The translations under genes and the position numbers were made by a program. 64,000 bases of DNA from a virus (lineage: Duplodnaviria > Caudoviricetes), in IMG/VR virus record IMGVR_UViG_3300021255_002239, positions 638 to 64,637 of that record. One strand, 5' to 3'. Shown piece by piece: positions 16,867 through 26,983 of this stretch. A model generated the notes under the pieces. It was given only the letters and a program-made list of their open reading frames with translations. It was not told the DNA's origin and searched no databases. Positions within the stretch are counted from its first letter, which is position 1; every line of letters starts with the position of its first letter.

Positions 16867-18318
16867 TCAAACACGTTTGATGTATGTGCTGCACACGAAA
16901 CCGTAATACTTATCGGCAATCTTGACGTAGTACCAGATGATTCCGTTTTTGGCAATCACAGAATCGCAGATAGCGACCAAGTTGTCCTTATTCAGTTTCG
17001 GGTAGCTTTTAATTGTTGGATATTCCACTCCTGCCCATGTACGGACATTAAGTGTGGATGCGGTTACTTTTCCGACCCATTTCTGAGCCTTGGAAAGTGC
17101 GCCATTGTTGATGACGATTGTAGCACCGGCAGTCGCAGGTTTCGTTGCTGTGGATCCGTCAGAAAGCTCTTCCTTCGGTTTCTCAGGAGCGACCGGAGAT
17201 TCTGCCTTGTAATACTTCGGTCTGGCATAACCTCTGATGTATCCCCATCCAACAGGAATGGTTCGTCTGGACACTGAGTCTTTGTAGTTTCCTTCGATAG
17301 TGGTGATACTGCCGTTTGCCACCTTCTCGACAATGCCGATGTGATCACTGTAGCCATCATTCGGCTGAGTGGAATCATCCCAGTTAAAGACAATGATGTC
17401 TCCGGGAAGAGGAGCGATCTTTCCGTCCTCAATCCAGATGCCGGCAGCTTTGAATTTCTTTACATGTTCCTCTACACCGCATTCAGTGCCACCGATGATG
17501 TCCACGGCATTCAGTTTGATGAAAATGGCAGACACGCATGTATCGCACCACTGGTCTGTGTACTGCACCTTGTAGCCTCTCGCTCTGGGAGTATATGAAT
17601 TGTATAGGTCAATAATCATCTTGTGAGTGCCATTGGACTCTTTCCGGCCAAGCCAGCTTTGAGCCACAGAGATGGCATCCTGCGCCGTTACACCCATATG
17701 TTTATCCTCTTCTTTCTTATTGTTATTGCTCCAATCTGTGTAGAAGACATCCATGTCCACATTTGTGCTGATGCCGTCTACTTTACCCTTGCTGGAATAC
17801 TGCCATCCAATACCAAAGGAAGGACGGAGCCTTTCCACGATGATACCTGTGTCGTTGTTTGGATAAGCAGCAAGCCAGAAATCGTACTTGTGACAATCTT
17901 CTGGAATCACATTGTTATACCAATCTGTGTTGGAATAGATCCCAAACTTGTATCCGGCTGTTGTGATGACAGACCAGAAGGTTTTAATGATAAGGCCGAT
18001 GGTTTCCTTCGGAAGTTTCCGCTGTTCTTCCCATTCAAGATCATAGAAGACCGGAAGATCCAGTTTCCGACCGGCAAGCGTAGCGATCACATCGTCAGCT
18101 TCTTTCTTGGCTTCCGAAACATTTTTGGCATAGGAAAGCCTATATACACCGACTTTGATTCCATTCTGTTTGCACCCGACATAGTTGTGTTCAAACGAGG
18201 AATCCAGACCATAACGCTGTGTAATCCTCAGAACCGCCAACCGGATACCAGCTGCTTTGACTTTTTTCCAGTCAGGCTTTTTATTGTTGGATGAAACGTC
18301 AATCCCCTTGTACTCCAT
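16867..18318 (-). CDS. Endolysin: GH25 muramidase + CHAP + SH3b-like binding domain
   Basis: KGIDVSS, PVFYDLE, WQYSSKG (GH25); QWCD, GDIIVF, HIGIV, TIEGN (CHAP); LNVRTWAG...WYYV (SH3). Confidence 0.92.
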   Translation of the reverse strand: MEYKGIDVSSNNKKPDWKKVKAAGIRLAVLRITQRYGLDSSFEHNYVGCKQNGIKVGVYRLSYAKNVSEAKKEADDVIATLAGRKLDLPVFYDLEWEEQRKLPKETIGLIIKTFWSVITTAGYKFGIYSNTDWYNNVIPEDCHKYDFWLAAYPNNDTGIIVERLRPSFGIGWQYSSKGKVDGISTNVDMDVFYTDWSNNNKKEEDKHMGVTAQDAISVAQSWLGRKESNGTHKMIIDLYNSYTPRARGYKVQYTDQWCDTCVSAIFIKLNAVDIIGGTECGVEEHVKKFKAAGIWIEDGKIAPLPGDIIVFNWDDSTQPNDGYSDHIGIVEKVANGSITTIEGNYKDSVSRRTIPVGWGYIRGYARPKYYKAESPVAPEKPKEELSDGSTATKPATAGATIVINNGALSKAQKWVGKVTASTLNVRTWAGVEYPTIKSYPKLNKDNLVAICDSVIAKNGIIWYYVKIADKYYGFVCSTYIKRV

Positions 18319-18532
18319 CGTCATTCTCCTCGTTATTAAGCTTGTACTGAAGGTTGCTGATGCCCAGGAGCGCACCAAGGAATGTGTCTATGGCCGTGAT
18401 CGTGTAAACGATCTCTTCCGCATAAGGCCATCCCCATGTAGGGGCCAGAGCGCCGTACAGAGTAGCCAGTGCAGGAAGGACCACCAGAGCGATCCACTTC
18501 AGAATGTCGTACACTTTGTTATTAAACTTCAT
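18299..18532 (-). CDS. Holin (Dp-1-like)
   Basis: YDILKWIALVVLPALATLY...IDTFLGALLGIS; directly upstream of endolysin. Confidence 0.88.
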   Translation of the reverse strand: MKFNNKVYDILKWIALVVLPALATLYGALAPTWGWPYAEEIVYTITAIDTFLGALLGISNLQYKLNNEENDDGVQGD

Positions 18533-18954
18533 TTCCAGTCTCCTTTCTCCAGCCGTTCATCATAGCCGTGCCGGATGTGCCGGACAGTCGCTTCCGTCTG
18601 CCCGTTCTTGAATTTTGGATGTGATTCACAGTAATTGTTGTAGAAGTCGCAGTCACTAATTGCCTGATCCCACGAGTCTTTACTGTGGCGCTTGCCTTCC
18701 TGCAGTTCATCCTCGAAGTGTAGGATTCTGACTCTGGTGCTGACAGCAAAGCGCTCGTCGCCCTTGGAATCTACCTGGTCGATCTTTCCGTCCAGTACGG
18801 TGATCTTCGTGTCAAGGTTCTTGATTGCAGTCAACATCTCTCTGTTTTTGTCATGCCTGGAGTCATGGCGCTGAATGAGGAACTGAGCGAAGACCAGAAG
18901 CGAACCGACCACACCGGAGCTGATGACCGCTATCAGTATTGTTTGTACATCCAT
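18529..18954 (-). CDS. Membrane-anchored lysis-module protein
   Basis: N-terminal TM helix followed by coiled coil. Confidence 0.65.
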   Translation of the reverse strand: MDVQTILIAVISSGVVGSLLVFAQFLIQRHDSRHDKNREMLTAIKNLDTKITVLDGKIDQVDSKGDERFAVSTRVRILHFEDELQEGKRHSKDSWDQAISDCDFYNNYCESHPKFKNGQTEATVRHIRHGYDERLEKGDWK

Positions 18955-19021
18955 TGGAAAATACCTCTCTTTCTTTTTTTTGTATGTAAAAAGAGACAGC
19001 CAAAGCTGCCTCTCATAATTT

Positions 19022-19390
19022 TCAAACTGGTCTAAGTTTTGGGATCTTCATTCGGTCTTTGCCTTCCTGCTGATAGTTTCTGAAAGCGTCTTTCCGATAT
19101 CTGACAGGCCGTTTTCGTTCGACAAGTAAGAATTCCTCTTGCGGTTTTACATCTTTTTCATGCCTTAACAGTATTACGCTGCCTTCGTCCTTTTTATATA
19201 TCGGAATAATCAGTGCCTGTGATGGAACCCTGTCTTTATGCTTCTGGGCATAGCTTTGTGCAGATACTTCCGATGCAAAAATCGTTTCTGCATTCTGCAC
19301 TTTTTTAAAGAACACTCGTCCACGTTTCCCAATAAAAGTATATCTGTCTAATTGAATAACATAACCGATAATCGGAACTTCTGTAAACAT
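19022..19390 (-). CDS. Hypothetical protein
   Basis: ORF with RBS downstream of second recombinase. Confidence 0.55.
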   Translation of the reverse strand: MFTEVPIIGYVIQLDRYTFIGKRGRVFFKKVQNAETIFASEVSAQSYAQKHKDRVPSQALIIPIYKKDEGSVILLRHEKDVKPQEEFLLVERKRPVRYRKDAFRNYQQEGKDRMKIPKLRPV

Positions 19391-19404
19391 TTAGACACCC
19401 CCTT

Positions 19405-20415
19405 TTACGATCCGAAGCACTGTTTGTATTCGTACTGGACTTGCGACATGTCAATGTCCGCATAAATCAATGTGGTGTCGTAATTCACATGGCCAAGAAG
19501 TGTTTTAAGTTTATCAATCGACATTCCTCTTGCAAGAGCATGAGTGGCGAATGTGTGTCTAAGAACGTGCGCCGATACATGTGCATCCATTTTTGATCTA
19601 TAATCGATGCGTCTAATAAGACCACTTATTGCTCCTTTAGTTAGCTTGCTATATGGATAAACATTTGTCTGGAAAACATAGGTTGACGGAACCGGACATA
19701 CCGCTCGATATCTCAGTAAAGATACTTTTGCTCTGCTGTCGAAACAAGCAGTTCGATACTTACTGCCTTTTCCTAAAACAACGATTTCACGCTTATCCAT
19801 ATCGATGTCTGACCAATTAAGTCCTGCCAGTTCACTAAGTCGCATCCCTGTTGACAGAAGCACATCAACGATTGCACGTTCACGATATGTCTCGCAAGCC
19901 TCACGGAAGATTTCTACTTCTTCATCTGACAAAGGTTTTCTTGGTTTGGCAGTGTACTTGATGGGATCTATGTTTCCACAGAAGTTTCTCTCGATGTATC
20001 CTTCGTTCGCCGCCCATTGGAGAAAAGTGTTAATCACTATCCTAACCGAATCCAAAGTGCGATTTCCGATTCCGGTTCGCCTTTGATAATCATATAGATA
20101 GCGAATCATCATCGATGAATCCATCTGCTCCATTGGTGCAGGTTTGTTCAGAAAGAAATCCATCAGATAACGGTTATACAGTTTCAGTGTCTCCACGGTC
20201 CTTCCGGCGATCTTCTTCCAGGCTATGAATAATCCGTAGTATTCTGGAACGAAACTTTCCGCTGGAATCAGGTCTGTGTTCCGTAATTCTACTTCGTAAT
20301 CTGACACGATTTCCGTCAGAATGATGCGGATGTCATCCAGTTCCTCATTTGTCAGAGAAACCTTTTTCATAATCGCATCCAGAACAGACGCAATCATCTC
20401 ATTTCTTTTTGACAT
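19405..20415 (-). CDS. Second tyrosine recombinase (XerD-like) at the end of the tail module
   Basis: STGMRLSEL, VLGKGSKYR, HVLRHTFAT, LLGH, TLIYA. Confidence 0.92.
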   Translation of the reverse strand: MSKRNEMIASVLDAIMKKVSLTNEELDDIRIILTEIVSDYEVELRNTDLIPAESFVPEYYGLFIAWKKIAGRTVETLKLYNRYLMDFFLNKPAPMEQMDSSMMIRYLYDYQRRTGIGNRTLDSVRIVINTFLQWAANEGYIERNFCGNIDPIKYTAKPRKPLSDEEVEIFREACETYRERAIVDVLLSTGMRLSELAGLNWSDIDMDKREIVVLGKGSKYRTACFDSRAKVSLLRYRAVCPVPSTYVFQTNVYPYSKLTKGAISGLIRRIDYRSKMDAHVSAHVLRHTFATHALARGMSIDKLKTLLGHVNYDTTLIYADIDMSQVQYEYKQCFGS

Positions 20416-20480
20416 AAAAATCCCCCCTATTATTGAATTTTCGGAAGGATTATGTTAACATAAACATAACCCATAGTGGT

Positions 20481-20526
20481 GAGCCGGATATGTTCTTTGG
20501 TCGGAGCATCCGGCTCTTTTATTTTT
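20481..20526. terminator. Stem-loop between RHH gene and recombinase
   Basis: GAGCCGGAT / ATCCGGCTC followed by T-run on plus strand. Confidence 0.55.
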
Positions 20527-20683
20527 TCTCTTTTTTATCCAGATAATCAATGACTGATTTCTCCACGATTCTGCTCATCGGGATCATTGATCTCTCCGAA
20601 TATTCCTTCAACCTTTTGTAAAGGTCTTTATCAACAGTAACATCGATACGTATCCTGTTTTTAAGCTGACCACCCATTGCCAT
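20519..20683 (-). CDS. Ribbon-helix-helix DNA-binding protein
   Basis: LKNRIRIDVTVDKDLYKRLKEYSERSMIPMSRIVEKSVIDYL; GAAGGGAG RBS. Confidence 0.8.
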   Translation of the reverse strand: MAMGGQLKNRIRIDVTVDKDLYKRLKEYSERSMIPMSRIVEKSVIDYLDKKEKK

Positions 20684-20807
20684 CACTCCCTTCTCGTGCT
20701 TGTGTATGCTTGTGTATGCATTATAACACACCATGAAAGGATATGCAAGATGGGTTTTCACAACTTACAGTATTGCAGTGTGAGACAAATTACATTAAAT
20801 AGGCATT

Positions 20808-21338
20808 TTACGAGGCTTTTTTTCGAAAGAATCCGGTTACTCGTATATCTGTTCCAGCTGGAACCGTTGAACCGTTAGCCATCAGTCTGGTTCCTGATGC
20901 GGCCATATATCCATCGCATATAAATTCACCGCTCATCTTCATGATTGTAGTATCGTGTCTGTATAGCGTCGCAGTCGGGAACGTTAAAAACTCGGTATTG
21001 CTAGCGATAGCACTGGTAACACGGCAAGATACAGCATAAAAAACCATGTCGCCAATTGTCCACACGCTGTTTGTGTATACAGCTCCTATATAGCTTTGAT
21101 CAAGCGTACAGACAGCTTCTGAGAACAGCTTGCTATTTAACGTATTAATAGCATTGATCAGCGTCTGGCTGGAACCGGCCACAGTGTAATTCTTCGATGT
21201 AATTTTATTCAGAATGGCATCTGCCAAAGCATCGTAGTTTATCTTCTTGGTGTCTTCGGTATCTTCCAGGGCGAACACATCCGTACTGGCAGGAGTGGTT
21301 TTTGCGGTAAGCTGTCCTATCGCTTTCATATTTGCCAT
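20808..21338 (-). CDS. Small tail fibre / receptor-binding-type protein
   Basis: Follows large tail protein; linker INAINTLNSK then beta-rich C-terminal domain. Confidence 0.6.
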   Translation of the reverse strand: MANMKAIGQLTAKTTPASTDVFALEDTEDTKKINYDALADAILNKITSKNYTVAGSSQTLINAINTLNSKLFSEAVCTLDQSYIGAVYTNSVWTIGDMVFYAVSCRVTSAIASNTEFLTFPTATLYRHDTTIMKMSGEFICDGYMAASGTRLMANGSTVPAGTDIRVTGFFRKKAS

Positions 21339-21387
21339 ATGGATCACCTTTTCCTTTCATTATAAAAGGAGCCTGTTTAAGACCCCC

Positions 21388-24300
21388 TTAGTTTAAAAGT
21401 TTTTTCAGTTCTTCGATTTCGGCTTTCAGTCTGCGGATCTCTTTGTCCTGAATGTCGTTGCGTTCCTTCTGCTCGATTATCATGCCCTGATGAACAGATG
21501 CTAACAGATGGTAATCATAGTCATCGACCAGACCATCGCCGGTATACTTAACTGCGTTTGGAAAAACTTTCTCGATTTCTTCTGCGATAAGCATCGGCAT
21601 CTTCACACCGTTCCATTTATGGTCTTCCGGAAGATGACCTTCTTTGTAAGACGCAAGGACAGGTTTGACATTATAGAAGCCTTTCCAATTGTCTGAAGTT
21701 AAAGACCCATAAACATCTTTGTATCTAATAGAAGATCCGCTTGATATCGCTACTTTTGACAATCTGTTGTCACTATTCAAGCCAAGATAATACGTTGGTG
21801 CGCCGTCAGTCTGCAAATCGGTATAATATATATTTCTTCTGTTGTATGTGATTGATCTTCTTGTGAGCGTTGTGGGATTAGGGTTTTCCTCAAAAACAAC
21901 ATTTTTCTTAAACGTGGTCACACCATCGAAAATAGATTGCTGTTCTGCTGTGAAAGTACCAATTCTTACATTTACGTTTCCGTTCAACAGAATTCCATCA
22001 CAATTATTGGCTGTTATTGTTAAATATTTTGAGCTACCAGTACCAACTTGGGCAATTAAATCAATAACACCATATGTTTCTTCTGTATAGTTTTCTTTTA
22101 ATATTCCGGTTATAATACCGTCTTTCAAAGAAAGTGACTCCGTCCCCCAATTTCCATCAGAAGAAATCACAAGACCATTACTGTCAACACACATTATTTG
22201 TCTGTTGTTACTACTATAGACAGATATTTTTCCATAACCATCACTTGCGCCACCCAAATTCAAACCATCTGAATCGAATGATGCCGACACAGTCGATCCG
22301 CTTTTTAAATAAATACCATTAGAATTAATCAAAACATGCTTTCCGCTTGATGCTGCATCTTCACTAATAACAAGCCCTGTTCCGCTACTCCAATTAAGAT
22401 AATTAGAAGCTGTTTTTGCAGCATTTGCGCCAACCCCATCAGCGTAAGTTTTGGCATTACTCTCTGCTGAACTCGCCTGACTCGCAGCGTATGATTTTGC
22501 ATTATTTTCAGCACTACTAGCTTGAGTATCAGCATATGTCTGTGTTGCAGCTGTTGCCCCACCAATTGTAAGTGATGATACTTTAAGAGAAAGAGTTGAT
22601 CCATCCCATGTAACGCCAGTGCTGTTCGTTCCAAGACCAAATTTACCGTCAGATCCCAAAAAGAACCCCTGATTATTATTGTTATAGGATGACTTACTTC
22701 CACTGTAAATAGAGTTCTCTGTGACATGGATATTGCCAATAGTACCACTTTTTGCGGTAAGCGCACCGCTAGAGCTAACTATAAATTTGTTCGAAAGATT
22801 AATGCTACCTGCATTTAATGTAATACCACCATTATTCATCGTAATGACGGTATTATTACTCGCATCTTTTAATGCGAAAGTACCATTTGCATTATTTGCA
22901 CCACCAAGAACCAGTTCCTCGCCTTTCAGCATTGAACATCCTATATAAAAATGTCCTGCTCCATCTGTGTAAATACCTTGGTATGTACCATCAGATAATA
23001 TTCCAAGTACATCTTCGCCTGTCAGTGCTTCTACATCAATCATGCACTGGATCGTTTCTTTGTCAAGAATTGTAGTTCCAGAATAGTCATACATTTCAAT
23101 TACAACATAATCCAGAAGCGTCTGTGATGGTGTATAAGTGTATGTCTGTAGTGTTCCAGCATTTACTGCTCTTCTTGTAGTTGCTATACCATTTTTCCAC
23201 TCAACAACTTTTAATCTCCCTACATATAAAGAAGATGTATCTGTGTTACCATTTGTCTGTTTTAGATTTATGGTTACGCTAGATGGCACATAAACGTTGT
23301 TTGTGGATATCTTGAGATTCTTGGTAGACAGTTCCAAATAGAACCTACTTGCTTCTGTTCCTTCCTTAGATTTACTTACCGTAAATCGTCTTACCGCAGT
23401 GATTCCTTTATAACTGACCGTGATATCAGCGTATCCGTTATCAACAGTTAAACCGTTTACTTTATACCTCTTTGCCGTAGAGTCCCACGATCCTGTTAAT
23501 CCAGATGAAACAGAGACAGAATAAGTACAAAGGTCTGTAACGTTTATTTTGCCATAGAATGCCTGAATATATGTGTAACATTGACTATAATCAGGAATGC
23601 CACCATTATTCTCAGCAGTGACAGAAACGGTTTCATTTGTAAGAATCAAAACAAGTCCAGCACCTTCGCTTACAATCGGTACAGATTGTTGGTCAAGAAC
23701 GTTTGTCACACCACCAGCAGCATACATCGTACATCTCACCATGTTGGCTGTCGTGTTAGCACCTAACAGATAAGCTCCTGTCCGTGTGATCAGGTAGTCT
23801 GAACCGCCTTTTCGCATTAAAAATGCCCTACTAATATATTCGCAGGACGTTTCGTTTGCAGATGATTGATATACTGTTGTCCATGTGTTTCCGTCTGTAG
23901 ACTCTTCAATTTTAAATCGTCCCTGATAAGCTTGTCTTGCGCTTCCACCATCAGAGTAATAACCATGGAATGTTACTGACATCGGAGTGATGGAATTATT
24001 GTTCTCTCTGGTCATAGAGTTAACAGACGGCTCTACTGTATATACTCTTCCTGGCGCACCAGCCGCACCGGCAGGTCCTTGCGCTCCTGTGGCTCCTGTC
24101 TGTCCAGTTACACCTTGCTTGTTTTTAGAAATCGTATATCTCTTTGTTGCGGTAATGGAATTTAAATAAGTAGCCTGAATATCAACCCATCCAGAATCTG
24201 TTGATAATCCTGTCACTGTATATGTTCTTGTATTACTGCTCCACGTTCCAGTAACACCGCTGCTTTTCGTAACAGTATAAGTACATGACCCAGAAATGTT

Positions 24301-26595
24301 TGTGTGACCATAAAAAGCTTGCACAGTTGTTTGTATACCAGAAGGAAATGTAGTGTATTGCCCATTCGCATCTGTTGGAATTGAATCGTAATCATTTGTA
24401 AGCACTACGTTTAAAGCTCTGGCAGATTCAGCAAGCGCATACGCTTGATTTGCCCTGGTATCATCCGTATATCCAACACGCTCTTCCCAGTCGGCAGATG
24501 CATAAGCCTGTTGACTCGTTTTTGTGTTAACACAAACATAAAGCTTACCAGTGGAAGAATTTGTCCACAGATCACCTTCGTCATATGGTGGAACAGGAGT
24601 GGTCACAAAGTGCCGTATTTTTCCATCAGCAGCAGCTAACGCTTCACCAGCAAGTGCAAGTGCTTGTGTCGCTGCCGTGTCTGTGATTACTTGCCACTGC
24701 CAAACATTATTATCTTTTACAAAACGATACGACACACCTGTGGAAAGGTTTGTGAACGTGTCACCTTCATGCTCTTGTTTCAGTTCTTCGGTTGTCCATT
24801 CAGATGCCGGAAGATTAGAAAGCGTAGGATCATAGTTTTCATACCATGAATCTATGTGACCATCCAACTGTGCTTGCAAGTCTGCTATCTGTCCATCAAC
24901 CACAACTTTATATGTGTTAATAGCACCGTTAATAGCTTGTGTCAAAGACTGACTTGCCACACCACTGTATCCTTTAATTGTTACACCATCAGAAGAGATC
25001 AGCACTTGTTTTGTGTCTTTTGAGGCACTGAAGATTACATTCCCTTGTGAATCATATACGACAAATGTGCCAGCATTGATCCAATCTGCATTTATACCTT
25101 CGGCAGCCAGATGTTTAACAACAGCTTCGCCATCTGCTGTGATTCCTGCATTCCATGTTCGTCCACCATCTGTAGATACACTTCTGGTATCTGCTGTTTC
25201 TTTCCAGATTCTGGTAGATTCTTCCAGTGTTGGCTTATCATGCTGATATGTAATTATACTTCCGTCTGGCTGTTCTTCCTCAGTGATATAAAAACCACCG
25301 GCAGCATCAATTCTTTCGGAAAGTTCTTCAATACCTGCTTCATAAGCAGATTTTTCTTTCTGAATTATACTCCGAAGTTCCACATATGATTTTGTTACTG
25401 CCGAATACTTTGTGGCCGAGTTTCTGGCTGGCGGTTCCGCATCACAGGATATTTTTTCATAATCATCAATTCCAAAAGTATAGGATGTCACATAACTGCG
25501 ATAAACTTTGTTGTCTATCGGTGAGATGAAGTATATCCTGTCACCAGCTTCAATTGTAGGATCTGACAGACAGGAGACTTCCAAAGGACGGAAGGACATT
25601 CCGATGCATCTTTCACCAACAAGCGATGCCACAGTACCTTCTGAACCTTCATTAATAAATGGATTGTCTTCTATAGAAAGAATATATCCAGTAGTACCTT
25701 CTAAAGCCTTAATAGTTTCATCTTCACGCTTAACAACCACTTGCAGTCCGGTAATGACAACATCGTCCAGCGCAACGGTATGACTGTTGGTATGTTGAAT
25801 TTTGTGGACTACTGTGTAAATATCATCGCCACTAATAATTTCTTCATCGGTTGCCTCTCCGATTGCGCAAAGAAAATTGCCACTTTTTGTTTGGATAAAA
25901 TCACTGGCCGATTTAGTAATTAACTTCTCATACACCTGAATAGGTGCTGTGTTATACCAATTCAACACTAACTGACCATTTGTGTTTATCTTTGCCCAAC
26001 AACACGCAATCTGCGCCACATAGGAAACCACATCCATACAAGACAGCGCATCATCCGCAGGTCGATTAACAACCTGATAACTGCTGTTCGGAAATGCGGT
26101 GGTGCTAAGTGTAACTCCGCAAGCCGTACATACGTCATTCAGAATGGTGGCAAGAGTAGCCGGATAAACCGTACCAATATCACTGTACGGCTTATTGAAT
26201 TTGAACATCTTATCCAGACATTCAAGCGTGACTAGGCTAGAATTCTGCCCAGAAGCTTCTGTGACGGTATAGATACCTTTGTTTACACGCTCTATAGTGC
26301 TGTTTGGTAGTTTTATACCCAATTGCACTGTAACGATTGCGTCATCGAATATATAATCGGTGAAATCACCGTATGCGTTATTTAAAGTGATCGTAAGTTT
26401 ACTGGCGATTGCAGAACCGATGGAAAAATCAGAGGAATCCGATACGGACTCCTCTAACTTCAATCCACCGCCCCACAAATGCTCGTTCGTAAGGTTAAGA
26501 GCGGTTCCGTCAGCAAGTACGATATTTAAAAACGCATAATAGATGCGGTTACCATTATTCAGTTCCGCTCTGAATGCATCTGATACGTTTATCAT
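21388..26595 (-). CDS. Large tail tip/host-specificity protein with Ig-like repeats, short collagen stretch and C-terminal intramolecular chaperone (peptidase S74-like)
   Basis: Two homologous LTN..S...QAFYG..N...CTY.V..SSG.TG.W...Y.V.GL..D.G modules; GQTGATGAQGPAGAAGAPG; SSIRYKD...IAEEIEKVFP...coiled-coil end. Confidence 0.85.
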   Translation of the reverse strand: MINVSDAFRAELNNGNRIYYAFLNIVLADGTALNLTNEHLWGGGLKLEESVSDSSDFSIGSAIASKLTITLNNAYGDFTDYIFDDAIVTVQLGIKLPNSTIERVNKGIYTVTEASGQNSSLVTLECLDKMFKFNKPYSDIGTVYPATLATILNDVCTACGVTLSTTAFPNSSYQVVNRPADDALSCMDVVSYVAQIACCWAKINTNGQLVLNWYNTAPIQVYEKLITKSASDFIQTKSGNFLCAIGEATDEEIISGDDIYTVVHKIQHTNSHTVALDDVVITGLQVVVKREDETIKALEGTTGYILSIEDNPFINEGSEGTVASLVGERCIGMSFRPLEVSCLSDPTIEAGDRIYFISPIDNKVYRSYVTSYTFGIDDYEKISCDAEPPARNSATKYSAVTKSYVELRSIIQKEKSAYEAGIEELSERIDAAGGFYITEEEQPDGSIITYQHDKPTLEESTRIWKETADTRSVSTDGGRTWNAGITADGEAVVKHLAAEGINADWINAGTFVVYDSQGNVIFSASKDTKQVLISSDGVTIKGYSGVASQSLTQAINGAINTYKVVVDGQIADLQAQLDGHIDSWYENYDPTLSNLPASEWTTEELKQEHEGDTFTNLSTGVSYRFVKDNNVWQWQVITDTAATQALALAGEALAAADGKIRHFVTTPVPPYDEGDLWTNSSTGKLYVCVNTKTSQQAYASADWEERVGYTDDTRANQAYALAESARALNVVLTNDYDSIPTDANGQYTTFPSGIQTTVQAFYGHTNISGSCTYTVTKSSGVTGTWSSNTRTYTVTGLSTDSGWVDIQATYLNSITATKRYTISKNKQGVTGQTGATGAQGPAGAAGAPGRVYTVEPSVNSMTRENNNSITPMSVTFHGYYSDGGSARQAYQGRFKIEESTDGNTWTTVYQSSANETSCEYISRAFLMRKGGSDYLITRTGAYLLGANTTANMVRCTMYAAGGVTNVLDQQSVPIVSEGAGLVLILTNETVSVTAENNGGIPDYSQCYTYIQAFYGKINVTDLCTYSVSVSSGLTGSWDSTAKRYKVNGLTVDNGYADITVSYKGITAVRRFTVSKSKEGTEASRFYLELSTKNLKISTNNVYVPSSVTINLKQTNGNTDTSSLYVGRLKVVEWKNGIATTRRAVNAGTLQTYTYTPSQTLLDYVVIEMYDYSGTTILDKETIQCMIDVEALTGEDVLGILSDGTYQGIYTDGAGHFYIGCSMLKGEELVLGGANNANGTFALKDASNNTVITMNNGGITLNAGSINLSNKFIVSSSGALTAKSGTIGNIHVTENSIYSGSKSSYNNNNQGFFLGSDGKFGLGTNSTGVTWDGSTLSLKVSSLTIGGATAATQTYADTQASSAENNAKSYAASQASSAESNAKTYADGVGANAAKTASNYLNWSSGTGLVISEDAASSGKHVLINSNGIYLKSGSTVSASFDSDGLNLGGASDGYGKISVYSSNNRQIMCVDSNGLVISSDGNWGTESLSLKDGIITGILKENYTEETYGVIDLIAQVGTGSSKYLTITANNCDGILLNGNVNVRIGTFTAEQQSIFDGVTTFKKNVVFEENPNPTTLTRRSITYNRRNIYYTDLQTDGAPTYYLGLNSDNRLSKVAISSGSSIRYKDVYGSLTSDNWKGFYNVKPVLASYKEGHLPEDHKWNGVKMPMLIAEEIEKVFPNAVKYTGDGLVDDYDYHLLASVHQGMIIEQKERNDIQDKEIRRLKAEIEELKKLLN

Positions 26596-26601
26596 TTGAC
26601 G

Positions 26602-26970
26602 TTACCTCTCAATTATGTTGAATGCTATGCTTTCATACCGTTTGTTATTGACCGTCCAGATTTTGACCGGAATGTCCTGATCGCCAGAATAAAACGTCCT
26701 AGTAGCATTTGTTCCGTCAAGCGGATCGTAATACGTCACACTGAAATACTCAGCCGAAAACGCACCTAAGATCTCCTGTGCTTCTGCCGGAGTAGGATTC
26801 GACCACTGAAGGTCGATTTTCCTTTTTCTGGTGATCCTATTCTTATGCATCAGTGCATCTTCTGTACGTCCGGCATCTGACCGGGATACATCCTCAATGT
26901 GAACCGTCATAGAAGATGGTGACTTAATATAAGTACCATTCACTCTAATCATAGATCTGTTTGCACCCAA
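26602..26970 (-). CDS. Distal-tail-like protein
   Basis: Between tape measure and tail tip; SDAGRTEDA.MHKNRI motif. Confidence 0.7.
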   Translation of the reverse strand: MGANRSMIRVNGTYIKSPSSMTVHIEDVSRSDAGRTEDALMHKNRITRKRKIDLQWSNPTPAEAQEILGAFSAEYFSVTYYDPLDGTNATRTFYSGDQDIPVKIWTVNNKRYESIAFNIIER

Positions 26971-26983
26971 TTAAGCCACCCCC

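Noticed and set aside
19022-26595. Diversity-generating retroelement near tail genes
   Set aside because: No reverse transcriptase and no template/variable repeat pair differing at adenines was seen
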